A stretch of DNA of 63,538 bases, filler included, from Atractiella rhizophila (taxonomy: Eukaryota): NCBI GenBank assembly GCA_021432655.1. It is 8 parts of 7 records of this genome, joined end to end, with 100 filler letters (N's around TTAATTAATTAA, not from the genome) between each part and the next. Parts side by side here need not be neighbours in the genome. Positions count along the whole stretch, not along the records: positions 44,951 to 52,179 come from MU271590.1; positions 52,280 to 54,740 come from MU271600.1; positions 54,841 to 57,293 come from MU271604.1; positions 57,394 to 61,032 come from MU271623.1; 4 more parts are not named here. One strand, given 5' to 3'. The position numbers were made by a program, and so were the translations under genes. Under the pieces are notes generated by a model. The model saw only the letters and a program-made list of their open reading frames with translations. It was not told where the DNA came from and made no database searches. Below are positions 48,931 through 61,132 of the stretch, piece after piece; the first letter of the stretch is position 1; every line of letters starts with the position of its first letter.

Positions 48931-51169
48931 TCAGCCATCTCCTCCCAGCCTGAGCATGGCTAGGTCTAGGATTTTGACCCACTCCTCCTCCTGTGCCCCC
49001 AACGCAACTCCATCCAGTTGCACTTCAAAAACGCCCATCGCCTCCTCTGTCCACTCTTCTGCGACCGCGAATCCCCTCACCCTCTCCGTCCAGCTCTCCC
49101 ATTCCATTCCCCAGGCTTCATGAGGACTCTTGATTCCAACGCTGGAGGGGATGCGCGAGTGAATGAGATAGAGAGTGATGAGGGGCGGTGCCACGTCGAA
49201 CGCGCGGGCGAGGAGGTGGCAGGAGGCAGCGGATGGCGCTTGAAGGAGAGAGCGGACAAGGGAAGGGTATTGAAAAGCCTTCACGAGCACCATAACTGCC
49301 GAGCAAACCAGCATTAGTCCATCTGTTGCATCGCAATGGTCAGGGATGAACTCACCAGCTTTCAAGGCTTCATAAGCCTCTTCCAATGCCTGCTTGGCAA
49401 GCGGTTGCTCCTCCTCTCCTTCCTCTTCATCCGGCTTCAAGCCTCTCATACCAGAGCAGATCCTGCATCCAAATTCAGGCGGACATCTTCCGTCATCCTT
49501 CTCCGGGTCCACGTCCTCCTCGAGATCGATGACCCCGTCGACTAACTTCTTCACCACCTTCTCAACCAAACCCATCTCCCATCCCAATCTTTCCGCCGCC
49601 TCCTTCTCCCTCTCTTTCCCCGGAGGACTCGGGGCTCTTCCGTTCCCGAGAGAAGCAGATGAGGCGACAGCGCCCCCGCGACCGAAGATAGCACGACCAG
49701 CAATACGACCACCGAAGCCAACACGCTCTTCCTTTTCCTTCTTCCCCTCCAGCTCCTGCATCTTTCCTGCAGAAGCGATCGACCGCGCAGACCAGGAAAG
49801 CATACTCTTCCAGATACACGCAGTCGCAAGCCCTACGATCCATTTCTCCACCGCTTCGTTCTTCACTCCTGTTCCGCCACCGAACCGATGGACGAGGAAG
49901 GACTTCGCCCCGCCCAAGATTTGAGCCAACTCCTTGACGTAAGTAGGTGAGTTGTTGGGCAGTGAGCAAGTTTGGTTTTGGTTTTGGTTTTGAAACACAT
50001 TCGGAGCAGGGGAGAGAGAACGAGGAGATGCATGCCCACTGCCGTACCCATGGCTGTGGACAAGTTCCCGTTCCTCGATCCTTGCGCTATTGCAAACGAC
50101 CCCAATCTTTCTCTTCACTCCATCCACGACGGGTAACATAACTCGATTGACTATTTCCTCGAACTTCACCTTCCATCCCTCCAATGCACTGACAGTACCG
50201 TCCGTTCCAGCGATCCTCCGTCTCTTAATTTCACCAATAACACGACCCAGAGCATCTGCGACGGCCCAAGCAGCAGCTGCAACGTCCAGTGCTGCCTTTT
50301 GAGGTGCAGGCAGAGCATCCGGGGACATAACTTTCGGGGCGACGGGAAGAGACAGAGGAAGGCTCAATAATGGAAGGAGGAGAGCCGAAAGGCGGGACAG
50401 TAGCACGGAGAGCGTGCGAGAGACAGCGGAGCGGAGGAGAGAGCGGAGGAGGTAGTGGTCTGGCAGAGAGCCCGTCAAGGCGCTGTTGTGCAACAAGTCA
50501 GCATGAAAGTCTTAGGCATTATGCATGAAAAACGGATGACATAACCGCGGAAAACTTGTGCGCAGCAGTCAAAGGTAAACATCGCCATTGGCGATTCCAC
50601 ATAATTTCAGCACATCTCAATATCTCACTGCGAACGATAATTAAGGCAAAGATATTCCAACCAGTTGACATGGGTGTTCACTCCGGTTCAATTTACTTGC
50701 CGAGGAAGCGCAAGTCTCATTTGAAAGCCACATCGCTCGCTACCGTTAACTAACAAAGAAACGAAGCTCACCTCTCGACCGTGGCGGCGAACTCTTTCGC
50801 TCGCTCCCTTTCCACTGCTCCTCCCCTCCCAAAAATCTTATTTCCCTTCTCCGCCAGCTCCAGTGCGACCTTCTCGACATAGCTCTGTCCCACTAGGCCG
50901 ATGCCAGAGAGTACAGGAGTCCCAGGCATGGAACCGTTGACCGGAGAAGAGGGAGCAGTGTGTGCAGCTCCAGAAGAATTAACTCCGGCGTGCAGCGTGG
51001 AATTAGAGCGCTCGGAAGTCGAGCGACGGCCGAGCGTGGTGAGTGTGGAGAGGAGGGAGCTGCCGGATGAACCGGAGGAAGTCGGTGTTAGAGGTGTTGG
51101 AGCAGCAGACGAGGAAGACGGAGGAGACGAGCGGAAAATCTTCTTGGCTGCAGATGATGGGTTCGACAT
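48931..51169 (-). CDS. Hypothetical protein, multi-exon
   Basis: Exon 51169-50771 ending at GTGAGC donor, then a 521-codon frame. Confidence 0.7.
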
Positions 51170-51765
51170 GTCTTATTCTATCGTTCTATTCGTTCTATTC
51201 TATTCCTTTGTCCTGGATTCGATGGTGACGACGTAAAATGTAAAGGGATGTGGCGGATCCTCAACTCCTGACAGTTTCGTCCAGGAGCGAGTTGAGACGG
51301 GTGTTGAAAATTTTGCAAATTAGGGTGGCTGGTCGAGATCGGTTACGACCGAGAGTTTTATTTGAACGATTATCGAGGCGCCAGTGCGGACTCCACTTCT
51401 ACACCATTCCCAGAATCGTCATGAGCTGAAAATTCCACCTCCATAACAACGAAACTTGGACAATGGGACAAACCTGAACACTTTTTGGTTTCGTATGGAG
51501 GGGTCTATCATCCGTTCGCTTTCTTGTAAAAAATGCAGATTTCTGAATCCCAGATGGGAATTAGAGCAGCTCTCAGCTTTTTTATAGAGAACCTGGTGGT
51601 TGAATCACGACTTCGACCCAACTCACCAACCTTATCGCCTTTCACCCACACATCCGACCGGCTCAAAGTGGCTACACTATTTTCCTGCGCATTTTTGGCA
51701 GATCCTTCAGCGTCTTTTAGCAGCACAGCTCATAGGTAGGTCGAGAAATAAAGAGGAGGAACATC

Positions 51766-52179
51766 ATGTCGTACAACAAGGAAAAAGACCTTTCTTCAGA
51801 CCTCCCTCCCGCCAAATCCCACAAGATCCGAATCACCCTCACCTCCAAGAACCTCAAGGCAGTTGAGACAGGTGTGTTATCCTCTTTCTCTTTCGCTGGC
51901 AGGGGCTGGAGAGTGATGTTGCAACGTAGTATGCTCCCGGCTGTTGGAGTCAGCGAAGAAGCAAGGCGTCCTTCAGGTCAAAGGACCGGTGAGGATGCCG
52001 ACGAAGGTATTGAAGATCACAACGAGGAAGACTGTGTGTAACCCTCTTCGTTTCATGCAATCTAGAGAGCTAAAAAGATTGCCGGAATAGCCTTGTGGTG
52101 AGGGATCGAAGACATGGGACCGCTATGAGCTCAAGATTTACAAACGTTTCATCGACCTCAACTCGCCTGCAGAGACAGT
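51766..52179 (+). CDS. RPS20: 40S ribosomal protein S20 (uS10), 3' end lost in gap
   Basis: [41 protein letters not shown] across two introns. Confidence 0.96.
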
Positions 52180-52644
52180 NNNNNNNNNNNNNNNNNNNNN
52201 NNNNNNNNNNNNNNNNNNNNNNNTTAATTAATTAANNNNNNNNNNNNNNNNNNNNNNNNNNNNNNNNNNNNNNNNNNNNCTACAGTTGCGGGTGTGTCAA
52301 GGCAAGAAAATCTTTAGAAGGTCGCTCGGTGATCTTCTTGTTCTCAGTTTGGGTACAAAGTCGGCACATTAAAATACCTCCTAATGTTTTGTACGGAACC
52401 ACTCTCTTTATACAGACGCTACTCTTTTATGTAGAGTCATTCATTTGTATACCAGGCACTCTTGCCCAGAAGCCACTTTTCCCAGAGGCCACTCTGTCGT
52501 GGCATAAAGGTGATTATGTTTTTGCATTCAACTCATTCCTTTGCATAGATGGCGCGCAAGCAATTTACGTGCAAGTCACTCTTTTGCTTCACGGTTACTA
52601 CGGAAGACACCCATTTGCGCAGAAGCCACCATTTTGCACGGAAG

Positions 52645-53088
52645 TCAGGCAGCCTTCTGACAAAAGAATAGAATCATATCTACAGTTCCTCCTTCTCCCG
52701 CTCCTTCGTAAGAGGCCATCGGAAGGCATTGCGTTTTTAACTCGACAAAACGACAATCTGGGAGCAGAAATAGAAAAGGGGACAAGTGTATTGTATCTCG
52801 TATTGGGTCTGAATGAATAAAGAAATGGACTGGGCAACGAACCAGCTGAAGCAGATGTCTCCATTGGTTCATGACCGACTCCCCTCCCTTCCCTCTGCTC
52901 CTGCCTGTAGAGCGACATGAAGGGACGCTCTCGACTCCGAGCCGAGCACACGACATGCAGCTTCCACCGACACAAGCAAAGCAGAGCAGGCCGTGCTTAG
53001 ACGCCATATATTGTGTCAGAGCTGAAGAAAGAAAGTCTGCAGCTTGCGTCATGAACGTCTCACAATCCTCTCCATCATCCCAACACAT
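52645..53088 (-). CDS. Possible exon of a hypothetical Cys-rich protein
   Basis: 147-codon frame with CxxC pairs; no full gene model. Confidence 0.25.
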   Translation of the reverse strand: MCWDDGEDCETFMTQAADFLSSALTQYMASKHGLLCFACVGGSCMSCARLGVESVPSCRSTGRSRGKGGESVMNQWRHLLQLVRCPVHFFIHSDPIRDTIHLSPFLFLLPDCRFVELKTQCLPMASYEGAGEGGTVDMILFFCQKAA

Positions 53089-53539
53089 GTAGCATACAAG
53101 AGAGAAGACTCACAGGTAAACTGCCCGGCAACGCTGCATCCAGAGCCTCCACTTCTCTCATCCCACTCCTTCCTTTACCTTTCCCACCTCCCACGGCACG
53201 AAAAGCAGCTGCCATTCACGCTTTTACTCCTTCTGCGAGCCGCAAGGAAAGAGGGATGGAAGGTGGACTCACGACTGAAGAGTTTGGAGGGCGAGAGGAG
53301 GTGGATGTGCATCTCTAGACCGATTCGTGCCATCTTCCCTCTCTGTTGGTGGTGGTGGTAGTCAACAGATCGTGTAGGTGAGTAGCTGGGTGAAGAACTG
53401 GTGGTCGTTTATTTCACCACTTTGGTGGTTCACTTGTGTGCAATTTGGACAGCTCTCACGCCATGGGACAGTCAAGACGCGTAAACGTACAAGTGGAATG
53501 GATTGACACTCTACTATACTAAGGATATAAATCAAAGAC

Positions 53540-54011
53540 CTAAACAATGACCGTGCCCTCTTCTCCTTCTGGTCCTTCTCCTCCAGGTATCATCAGCGCG
53601 ACGTTATCTACACCCAACACCTCATTCAACACCTGCCATCCTAACCTAACCTATCCTCCAAGCAACAAAATCGCCAAGAAAGGAAAAAGAAAGACATACT
53701 GCCATTGATGAGAGTCTGTCCCAGCTTAGTCTTCTTCCACCTCGTCTTCCCATCCTGTCCTTCTCCTTCCACAGCCGGCAAAAGCTCCCACTCCTCCGCG
53801 TCCTCTAACACCATATCTACCCACACCAAGCCTCCATCAGGCTCATATTCCTCTGAACTCTCCCGAAAAGCGAAGGACGGGAAGACGCACTCACGAAGTC
53901 GTCGAACCCTGTGAGGACGCCGACGAACTCGCGGTTCGATTTGAGGACGACGTGGATGCGCGAGTGCAGGCATTTGTCTATCAGCTCTAAGGGGAGGATT
54001 TGGGTCGCCAT
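53540..54011 (-). CDS. LSM5: U6 snRNA-associated Sm-like protein LSm5
   Basis: ILPLELIDKC..SRI.VV.K..REFVG.L.GFDDFVNMVLED..LINGNNVALMIPGG over two introns. Confidence 0.95.
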
Positions 54012-54219
54012 CTCGCTTTGCAGTTCTGCTTATTGTGTCTTGGGTGAGAGAACTGATTGAAGCAAAGTCGGCCAATTCAACTTCTACTGATCGAGAAGAC
54101 AAACCACCAACTCCCGTCTTCCCCTTCCACTCATTCCAATTCCAACTCCATCCAGCACCGGCATCCACACCCAATCATCAAACGATCAACACTCCAACCA
54201 CCAACGCATCACTGCAACG

Positions 54220-54389
54220 ATGACCAACAACGACACCCACCTCTCCAGCCTCCGCCGTCTCCTCCGCTCTCCCATCCACCCGCCCTCCACAGGCGCATTC
54301 GACTCGCACACCGCGACGTTCAACAAGGCCACGAAGGTGGGCGGACGTGTGGGAGTGGTGAGGTGTGCGGATGCGGGCGAGGTTGGGAG
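54220..54389 (+). CDS. Probable first exon of an FAD-binding (PCMH-type) oxidoreductase; remainder not visible
   Basis: MTNNDTHLSSLRR..FDSHTATFNKA..GVVRCADAGEVG then GTAAGT donor; divergent from LSM5. Confidence 0.4.
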
Positions 54390-54950
54390 GTAAGTCGCTT
54401 TTCCTTGAATTAAGGCGAATGCGATTGCGTTCTTTTGTTTCGTTTTGTGGTTTTTTTGGTTCGTATGGGTTGTGAGGGAGTGGGAAGTGGGAGAGAGGTG
54501 GGAGGCTTAGTGTGGGAGTGGCGAGGAGGATAGGTGGGATGACGGGTCGATTCATGCAGGGCAGGAACGTATTACGTATTTTCTTTCCGAGAGGTGTAGA
54601 AAGGTATAACACATGCGATGGCGCTCTAAGAGAAGAGAGGGGAGAAAGCTGAGGAAGCATAGCGCACAAAGCCCACCGATCGAGCATTTAATCAATAGCT
54701 GTTCAAATGTTCTGGTCCACTCGAAGATTGATTAGCCTCCNNNNNNNNNNNNNNNNNNNNNNNNNNNNNNNNNNNNNNNNNNNNTTAATTAATTAANNNN
54801 NNNNNNNNNNNNNNNNNNNNNNNNNNNNNNNNNNNNNNNNAAGTAGGCGAAAATTGAACGACCGTAGGAAGGCGAGCAGATGCTCCGGAGTTCCATTCAC
54901 TTCTGTTTCGAGGATGTTGTGCTCTCTGTTGATTTGGTTGAGGTGGCGCC

Positions 54951-55635
54951 CTAAGGTCTCCATGACTGAATCGGCGATGATTGCATGCTCCTAATGCCCA
55001 AGTTACTGAGAAATTTCATGACGAAATCATCGAGACGCACGAGAACTTGGTTGGAGTTTGCTTGAGTCAATCTCAGTGCAAGCCAACCTGTATCGGGTAG
55101 AGCATCTGTGCCTGCCTTTGGAATCGGATAGGTCTTGACGAATTCTGAAGGTTCTGGAGATCCTCGAGCCCTTTTCTCGTCCTCTTCTACTTCGCGGTAC
55201 CACTGCTTGTGGGCCTCCAGATTCTCCATTGATAGAGGCAGGTAGGACGCCTCGGCTGCTTTTTGCTGTTGTACCTGTGGTCGAGCAAGGTGATTCTGGT
55301 CCGATGTTGGATTGGTGGAGATATCTGTCCTCTGCTTGCCACAAAATACTACACTCAGACTCCTCCATTCATGGCACTGAAAGCCTTAGGAACAACGGAA
55401 GACTTACAGAACGTTCAGGTCCATATCTCCCACCAGGTAGAGGACGAGGAAGAAATCCGTAATCCGTTGTTGCAGTAAGCTGCTCATGGTCATCAGCTTT
55501 CACCTTGATGCAGCTGCCATTTGTATTGTTCTGAGCGGAGGCGGGTTGCGAAGCAGCTCGTTGGGCTCGTTTGGGTAGGGGAGAGATAAAGCGTCTTGCA
55601 TTCAAAACTTCTTGCGGTGGTGCAGGATGGGACAT
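54951..55635 (-). CDS. Hypothetical protein, boundaries uncertain
   Basis: Consecutive frames separated by a GTAAGT donor near 55400. Confidence 0.35.
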
Positions 55636-56147
55636 TGTAAGATGTCTGCGCTAAGACGCAGGAACTTGTGTTCTTTAGTTGAATGTGTCTTCCGTGATTG
55701 TTGCCTTAAAAGACAATAAGAGCGACCCAGCAACAATAACTCAGCAAAGGACTTACGTGACTTGTTTGAAACGCTCTAAGCTGCTGCTTCTCTTGCGTAA
55801 CTTCGCAATCCTCCTTTGTGGGATGCTTCAGTAACAAAACGCTGATCAGGTATGCCCCCCCCCACGTTACAAGGAATGCTATCAACTATGCGACCTAACT
55901 CAAAAGGACAGTTCTATGAAACGCTCCGTAGATGCGATAGAGAGAACTGATGTTAAGCGGTAGAGGACGACGGTCGAAATTTGGGAGACAATCAAGGGAG
56001 AATCACGTGTTGCACGTCAACACGTCCAAACAAACAATTCGTGCTGACATGTGACTTGTTCAAGAGCTCGCATTTCATTGCGCTCTGCTCTTCTTAAATG
56101 ACCAAACGTTACTAGATAACGCTGTAGGTTGTAGTACGGCCATCGAG

Positions 56148-57070
56148 ATGAAGTCGGAATTGCAAAGAAAGGTTTATCGACTTAGAGCCACCTTCATGAA
56201 TATCGACTTGCGGTCGAAAACGGGCCAAAAGAAGCGGTGGATGTCTGACGATAGTCTGAAGATTCGTAAGCAAGGCGGAGCTGTCATTACCGTCAATGAT
56301 CTCGGGATGCAAGTTCTGCCTACGACGGTCGTAGTAGACACCAAAAAGAAGAGAAAGCGAGACGAAGAGGTTGATGGGGTTGCTAGTAAACGAGTACGAC
56401 GACCTCCAATGTGGCAGTAATTTTCTAACAGTGGTTTCTCAGGTTCGGACAACACGACACTTCGTTCATCTAGATCCAATACCTCATGCTGAGCGGCCGG
56501 AATTTCCGTACGACCTCACTGCTCACATCATACCTCCTCCTGCTCCACCTCGGAACGAATTGACCAGCGAGAATGTCTTCGAACTGAAAGAGCGGCACTT
56601 AGGACCATACACCATCACCGGAAGTCGGGACGGTTTACAATCTTGGGATGAGGAGAAGAACGATGGCACTTATCTCGAGCGAGATCTGGGGTACGCCCCA
56701 TCCTCTGGCTACCGTGGTCGCAGGACCGTTCTCGTATGGCCCATTCTTCTTGATTGCGAACGACCGTGCTGACTTCTTTAAATGTAAGGACGAAGACGAA
56801 CTCATTGCCGCAGCTCGCGCTGATCCTGAGCATCCCTTCCCGAATGGTGTCCCGAGGTGCTACGCTGATCAGGCTCGGAAACCCATGGATGCTAAGATGA
56901 ATGATTGGCTTGTAAGTCTTTGCATCCTCCACTGTTTCCGACATGCGTCTAACGTGTTGGACAGACCAACTATACATACCCGAAGGCTACACCGGAACAA
57001 ATGGTCGGCGCCTTACTCCCACCGGCTTATCCTAATTGGTCCTTCGTATACGATTACGAGTAAGTGGTGA
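56148..57070 (+). CDS. Hypothetical protein with KKKRKR basic patch, boundaries uncertain
   Basis: Three staggered frames separated by plausible short introns. Confidence 0.4.
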
Positions 57071-57604
57071 TAAGTTCTTATCTAAATTATTTGACCAAAC
57101 TGTAACCTTCAGACTGAACTACGAGATTGTGCGAGCCCCAACGCCTCGTAAAAAGTACTTTTGAGCAAGGGGTTGAGGAACGCGAGAGGGGGCTCACTTC
57201 ATCTACAATCAGCATTCCAGAGCTAAATTATACCACCACTTCATTGTTTCCGGGTGTTCAATTAAGTGTCAACCGTACTGTTGTAGGTTTCAANNNNNNN
57301 NNNNNNNNNNNNNNNNNNNNNNNNNNNNNNNNNNNNNTTAATTAATTAANNNNNNNNNNNNNNNNNNNNNNNNNNNNNNNNNNNNNNNNNNNNGATGATC
57401 TCACCCGAACGCGTACCGATGCACAGATGCCGGCGTATCACTGTCGTGCTACAGCGGATCTGTTTCATTAAATCTTTTCCTGTAGATATTTATGAATATT
57501 ATTGCAGATGGTGAGCAGTGGTGCCACTTCATAAGCAAAGTAACTTCCAGAATCCCTAGAAAGAAGATTAAGGAAAAGTTAGAATAGAGACTTGGTTTAA
57601 TGAT

Positions 57605-60600
57605 CTAGGACTCACCAAAGTCAACATGAGAGACGAAGTTCATCATGACGCTCACTTCCTCATAGACCACATCGCTCTGAAAACCCCGTCGGTCTTCGCC
57701 AGCAGGTTTTCCGGGGTGTCGAATTCGACTATCTTCCCGCTCTCCAGTACAAGAAGCCGGTCGCAGTCGATCACAGTCTGTAACTGAATGAAAGGGAAGT
57801 ATGAGGGGCGCGCAAACTCTAGAGGACACATCAATCTTACACGATGTGCAATGGTAAGAACGATGGCATCCACGAACTCCGTTCGAATCGCCTCCTGGAT
57901 CTTGATATCCGTCTCATAATCGACAGAAGCTGTAGCCTACAGCGAGCAGATCAAAGATTAATCGGATGCGGAACCGTAGACAAACCTCATCAAGAATTAT
58001 GATTCTAGAGTTTCGGAGCATAGCTCTTGCAAGAGAGAGTAGTTGTCTTTGTCCAGCACTCAAGTTCGCACCGCCAGCAGAGACCTTTTGTTCTAGACTT
58101 TTGATGTCGATTCGCTTACTATTCATCCCGCTTGTATTCTCGGGCAGGGGATGTCCAATGATGTTATCTGAACCTGAAAGAGTGGTGACACCAGAGATAG
58201 ATTGGGACGTCGAAACAAGGTGGGTGCGCCGAAGAACATCCCAGCAGGCTCCATCTCTGTTACAGCCAACTTTAGCAGTAGAAGAGAAGAATGCAAACAT
58301 TAGACCAACGTATGTTCTGCTAACGGATCAAGATTAGAACGAATTGTGCCACTAAAAATGGCACGCTCTTGAGGGATGAAGGTCTATCAAACCATGAACT
58401 TTGTACATGTGCTAGGATCGAAAAGACATACGATGCTCTGCCGAAGGTCCTCGACGCCAATTTCCGTTACATCGATGCCGTCAATGCTGCACAGTATCAG
58501 CTAACATGGTCGCGTTCAATCATCAATAAACTTACAGTATTCGACCGCTTCTAGGTTCGACACATCGCAAAAGAGCAAAGGTTAACGAACTTTTGCCGCT
58601 TCCCGTTCGTCCGACAATGCCAACTTTCTCTTTCGCTCCGATTGATGCAGTGATTCCCTTGAGGACTAGTGGCAGATCGTGGGCATATGCCATCTCAAGC
58701 CTCTCGATCTCAATACCTCCTCTATGTGACGGCCAAAAGGCAGGCGGTCGACGACCTTCAATGATTCCTGCAGGCTCTTGGGGTATATCCTGCAATTCTT
58801 TGATGCGCTGGAGCGCTGGGGATTTATCAACATCACCCTAAGGAGAATTTTTTTAAGGAAAAAGTGACAAACAATTCATATTGACTTCTAAGTCGGAAAA
58901 GCTTGTAAGCAGTCCGTATGTGCTGTCGGAAAGCTCTACTGCGGAAGTTATAACTACAAAAAGGATTAGATTACGCTACCACCGCATCTAAGACGCACCT
59001 AAGGCAGCAAATCCTGCGGAAACACCAGACACCACCGCTAGAAATATAGCGACAAGAGTGGAAACTGCTCCTGCAACATCGAATCGAGCGAGGAGCCAGC
59101 GGTTTGCATTCCACATGCCATTGTATGACTTCATGTAGTTGTCGACCTTGTCAGCAACTTCTTCATCAACTCGTTCTTGACAGCCGAAAGCCCGTATGGT
59201 GACAAGTCCATGAAGCGTTTCACCAAATTGAGAATAGATCGGCGACTTCGATATGGACTCTAGGCGGCGGAATTCGCGTGACGCAGAAAGATATTGCTGG
59301 GACAGTCGCCGAAAAATGAATAATAAGACTGCCCCTACGATGAGAAACCAAGGCAGGATGACCATGACGAGTATGAGCTGTAGGCGTTTGTCAAGCCAAC
59401 ATCTCGTAAAATCGGGAACTTACTGCTCTGAGATAATAAACAGAGTTGAATACGAAATCCGCAACATTGTTTACAACCGAATTATCCAAGATACCTATGA
59501 AAAGCTCAGTGGAGTAGATGTAGTGAGAAACTGCGAACCGAAATCATGAGAGAAGCGGTTCAAAATACTGTTCCTTAATCAGTACTGCGGTAGGAATAAA
59601 AGCTATGCTTGCCGTCCTGTTGGCGTGCGATCGAAGTATCTACAAATCAATGGGTCAGGCAAGATTTTAGGTCAAAAGAAAACCATACCTGAATGTTCCA
59701 CCGATTACCTTAGCCACAGTATCGTAAAATATTATTTTGACCGCTTTGAGATGCAAAGCTCGCCCAATGGCTAAAACAATCACGCCGATCATATTGAATC
59801 CGATATCGAATCCAAGAAGAACCATCAGATAAGGATTTACATTCACACGAGGATCCGGCAAACCCCAAGGGTTTGTCCCGAACCAGAACAGTTGAACAGG
59901 ATCATACGCTTCGCCCCAAATCTTCATGAATATTTGTTGAAGAACACCTGCAGATGAAAGTAAGGCATTGCTGAGAATTTAGCAGAAACTGACGGGAGCC
60001 TTCACGTAGCCCATAGAAGAAAAGAAGGAGGATCCATAACCAGTACCCAGCGGCGGAAATGTACGCTCGATATACCGTCCACGGAACCTGACCCTCCGCC
60101 CTCGCCTCCTCTTCGACTAGCTTTTCAGGCCTGGAATCCTCTTCTTGGACTTCGAATAATTCGCGTGAGTCAAGACTGTCGCTTTCTTCGTCCTGATGAG
60201 CTTGATCTATTGCTGGCTCCTTCTTGATAGCTTCCGACAACATCCTAGAAGCGTCCGAAACAGATGAAAGATGCGAGACATCCTGTGCTAAAATGATACT
60301 TCCTTGGGACATGGTTACCATGAACGATGCAGCAGGGAGACATAAATCGACAGCATGAGTGACAAGCAGCTAGGAGACATCTGAGCTGGACAGTAAACGC
60401 AAGAATTCAAGCACACCGTGGTTCTTCCCTTGAACAGGTTCGACGAAAAGGAGGCGACTAGGTGCGCACCAACCCCTGTGTCCACTGCGGCAAGCGTATC
60501 ATCCAGTATCAGAATTCTAGCCGTCGAATAGAGAGCCCGAGCCAGCGAGACTCGAGCCTGAAGGAAATAAATCCATGTGCAATGTTTCAAGTGAACGATA

Positions 60601-61032
60601 TGATACCTTCTGCCCGCCACTCAAGCTCACACCTTTTTTCACCAATCTCTGTGGCACAACATCAGCTTCTTGTCATATCTACACCACAAACAAACCAGTC
60701 ATGTCTCCCAGATCAAGTAGCTTTAGATCAGGTTGCAAGGCACAAGCCTCAATCACCGATTCGTATCGCAATTGGTCATACGTTGAACCAAATAGAATGT
60801 TGTCGCGAATGGTGGCGTGCTGGAGCCATGGTTGCTGGGCGACATATGCAATCCGCTCCTTCGGAAGTAAAATTTCTCCTGACCGCTTGTGTAATTCTAT
60901 CAGAAGTCAGGTTATGTTGTTGGTGTTCTGTGTGGAAGCACACCACCCAGAAGTGCGAGCAGCAGCGCGAAGTTTTCCCAGAACCGCTGGCGCCACAAAT
61001 TATGCTGAGTCGTTCTGGGGGGAAGACAACGC
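57605..61032 (-). CDS. ABCC/MRP-type ABC transporter (NBD1-TMD2-NBD2), 5' half missing beyond gap
   Basis: Walker A GASGSGKT and GRTGSGKS, signatures LSGGQK and LSAGQRQ, Walker B ILDD and [26 protein letters not shown]. Confidence 0.95.
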
Positions 61033-61132
61033 NNNNNNNNNNNNNNNNNNNNNNNNNNNNNNNNNNNNNNNNNNNNTTAATTAATTAANNNNNNNNNNNN
61101 NNNNNNNNNNNNNNNNNNNNNNNNNNNNNNNN

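Noticed and set aside
60940..61032. ABC transporter pseudogenisation from frameshifts around Walker A
   Set aside because: Lesions sit at a contig end where errors are likely; the rest of the gene looks intact.
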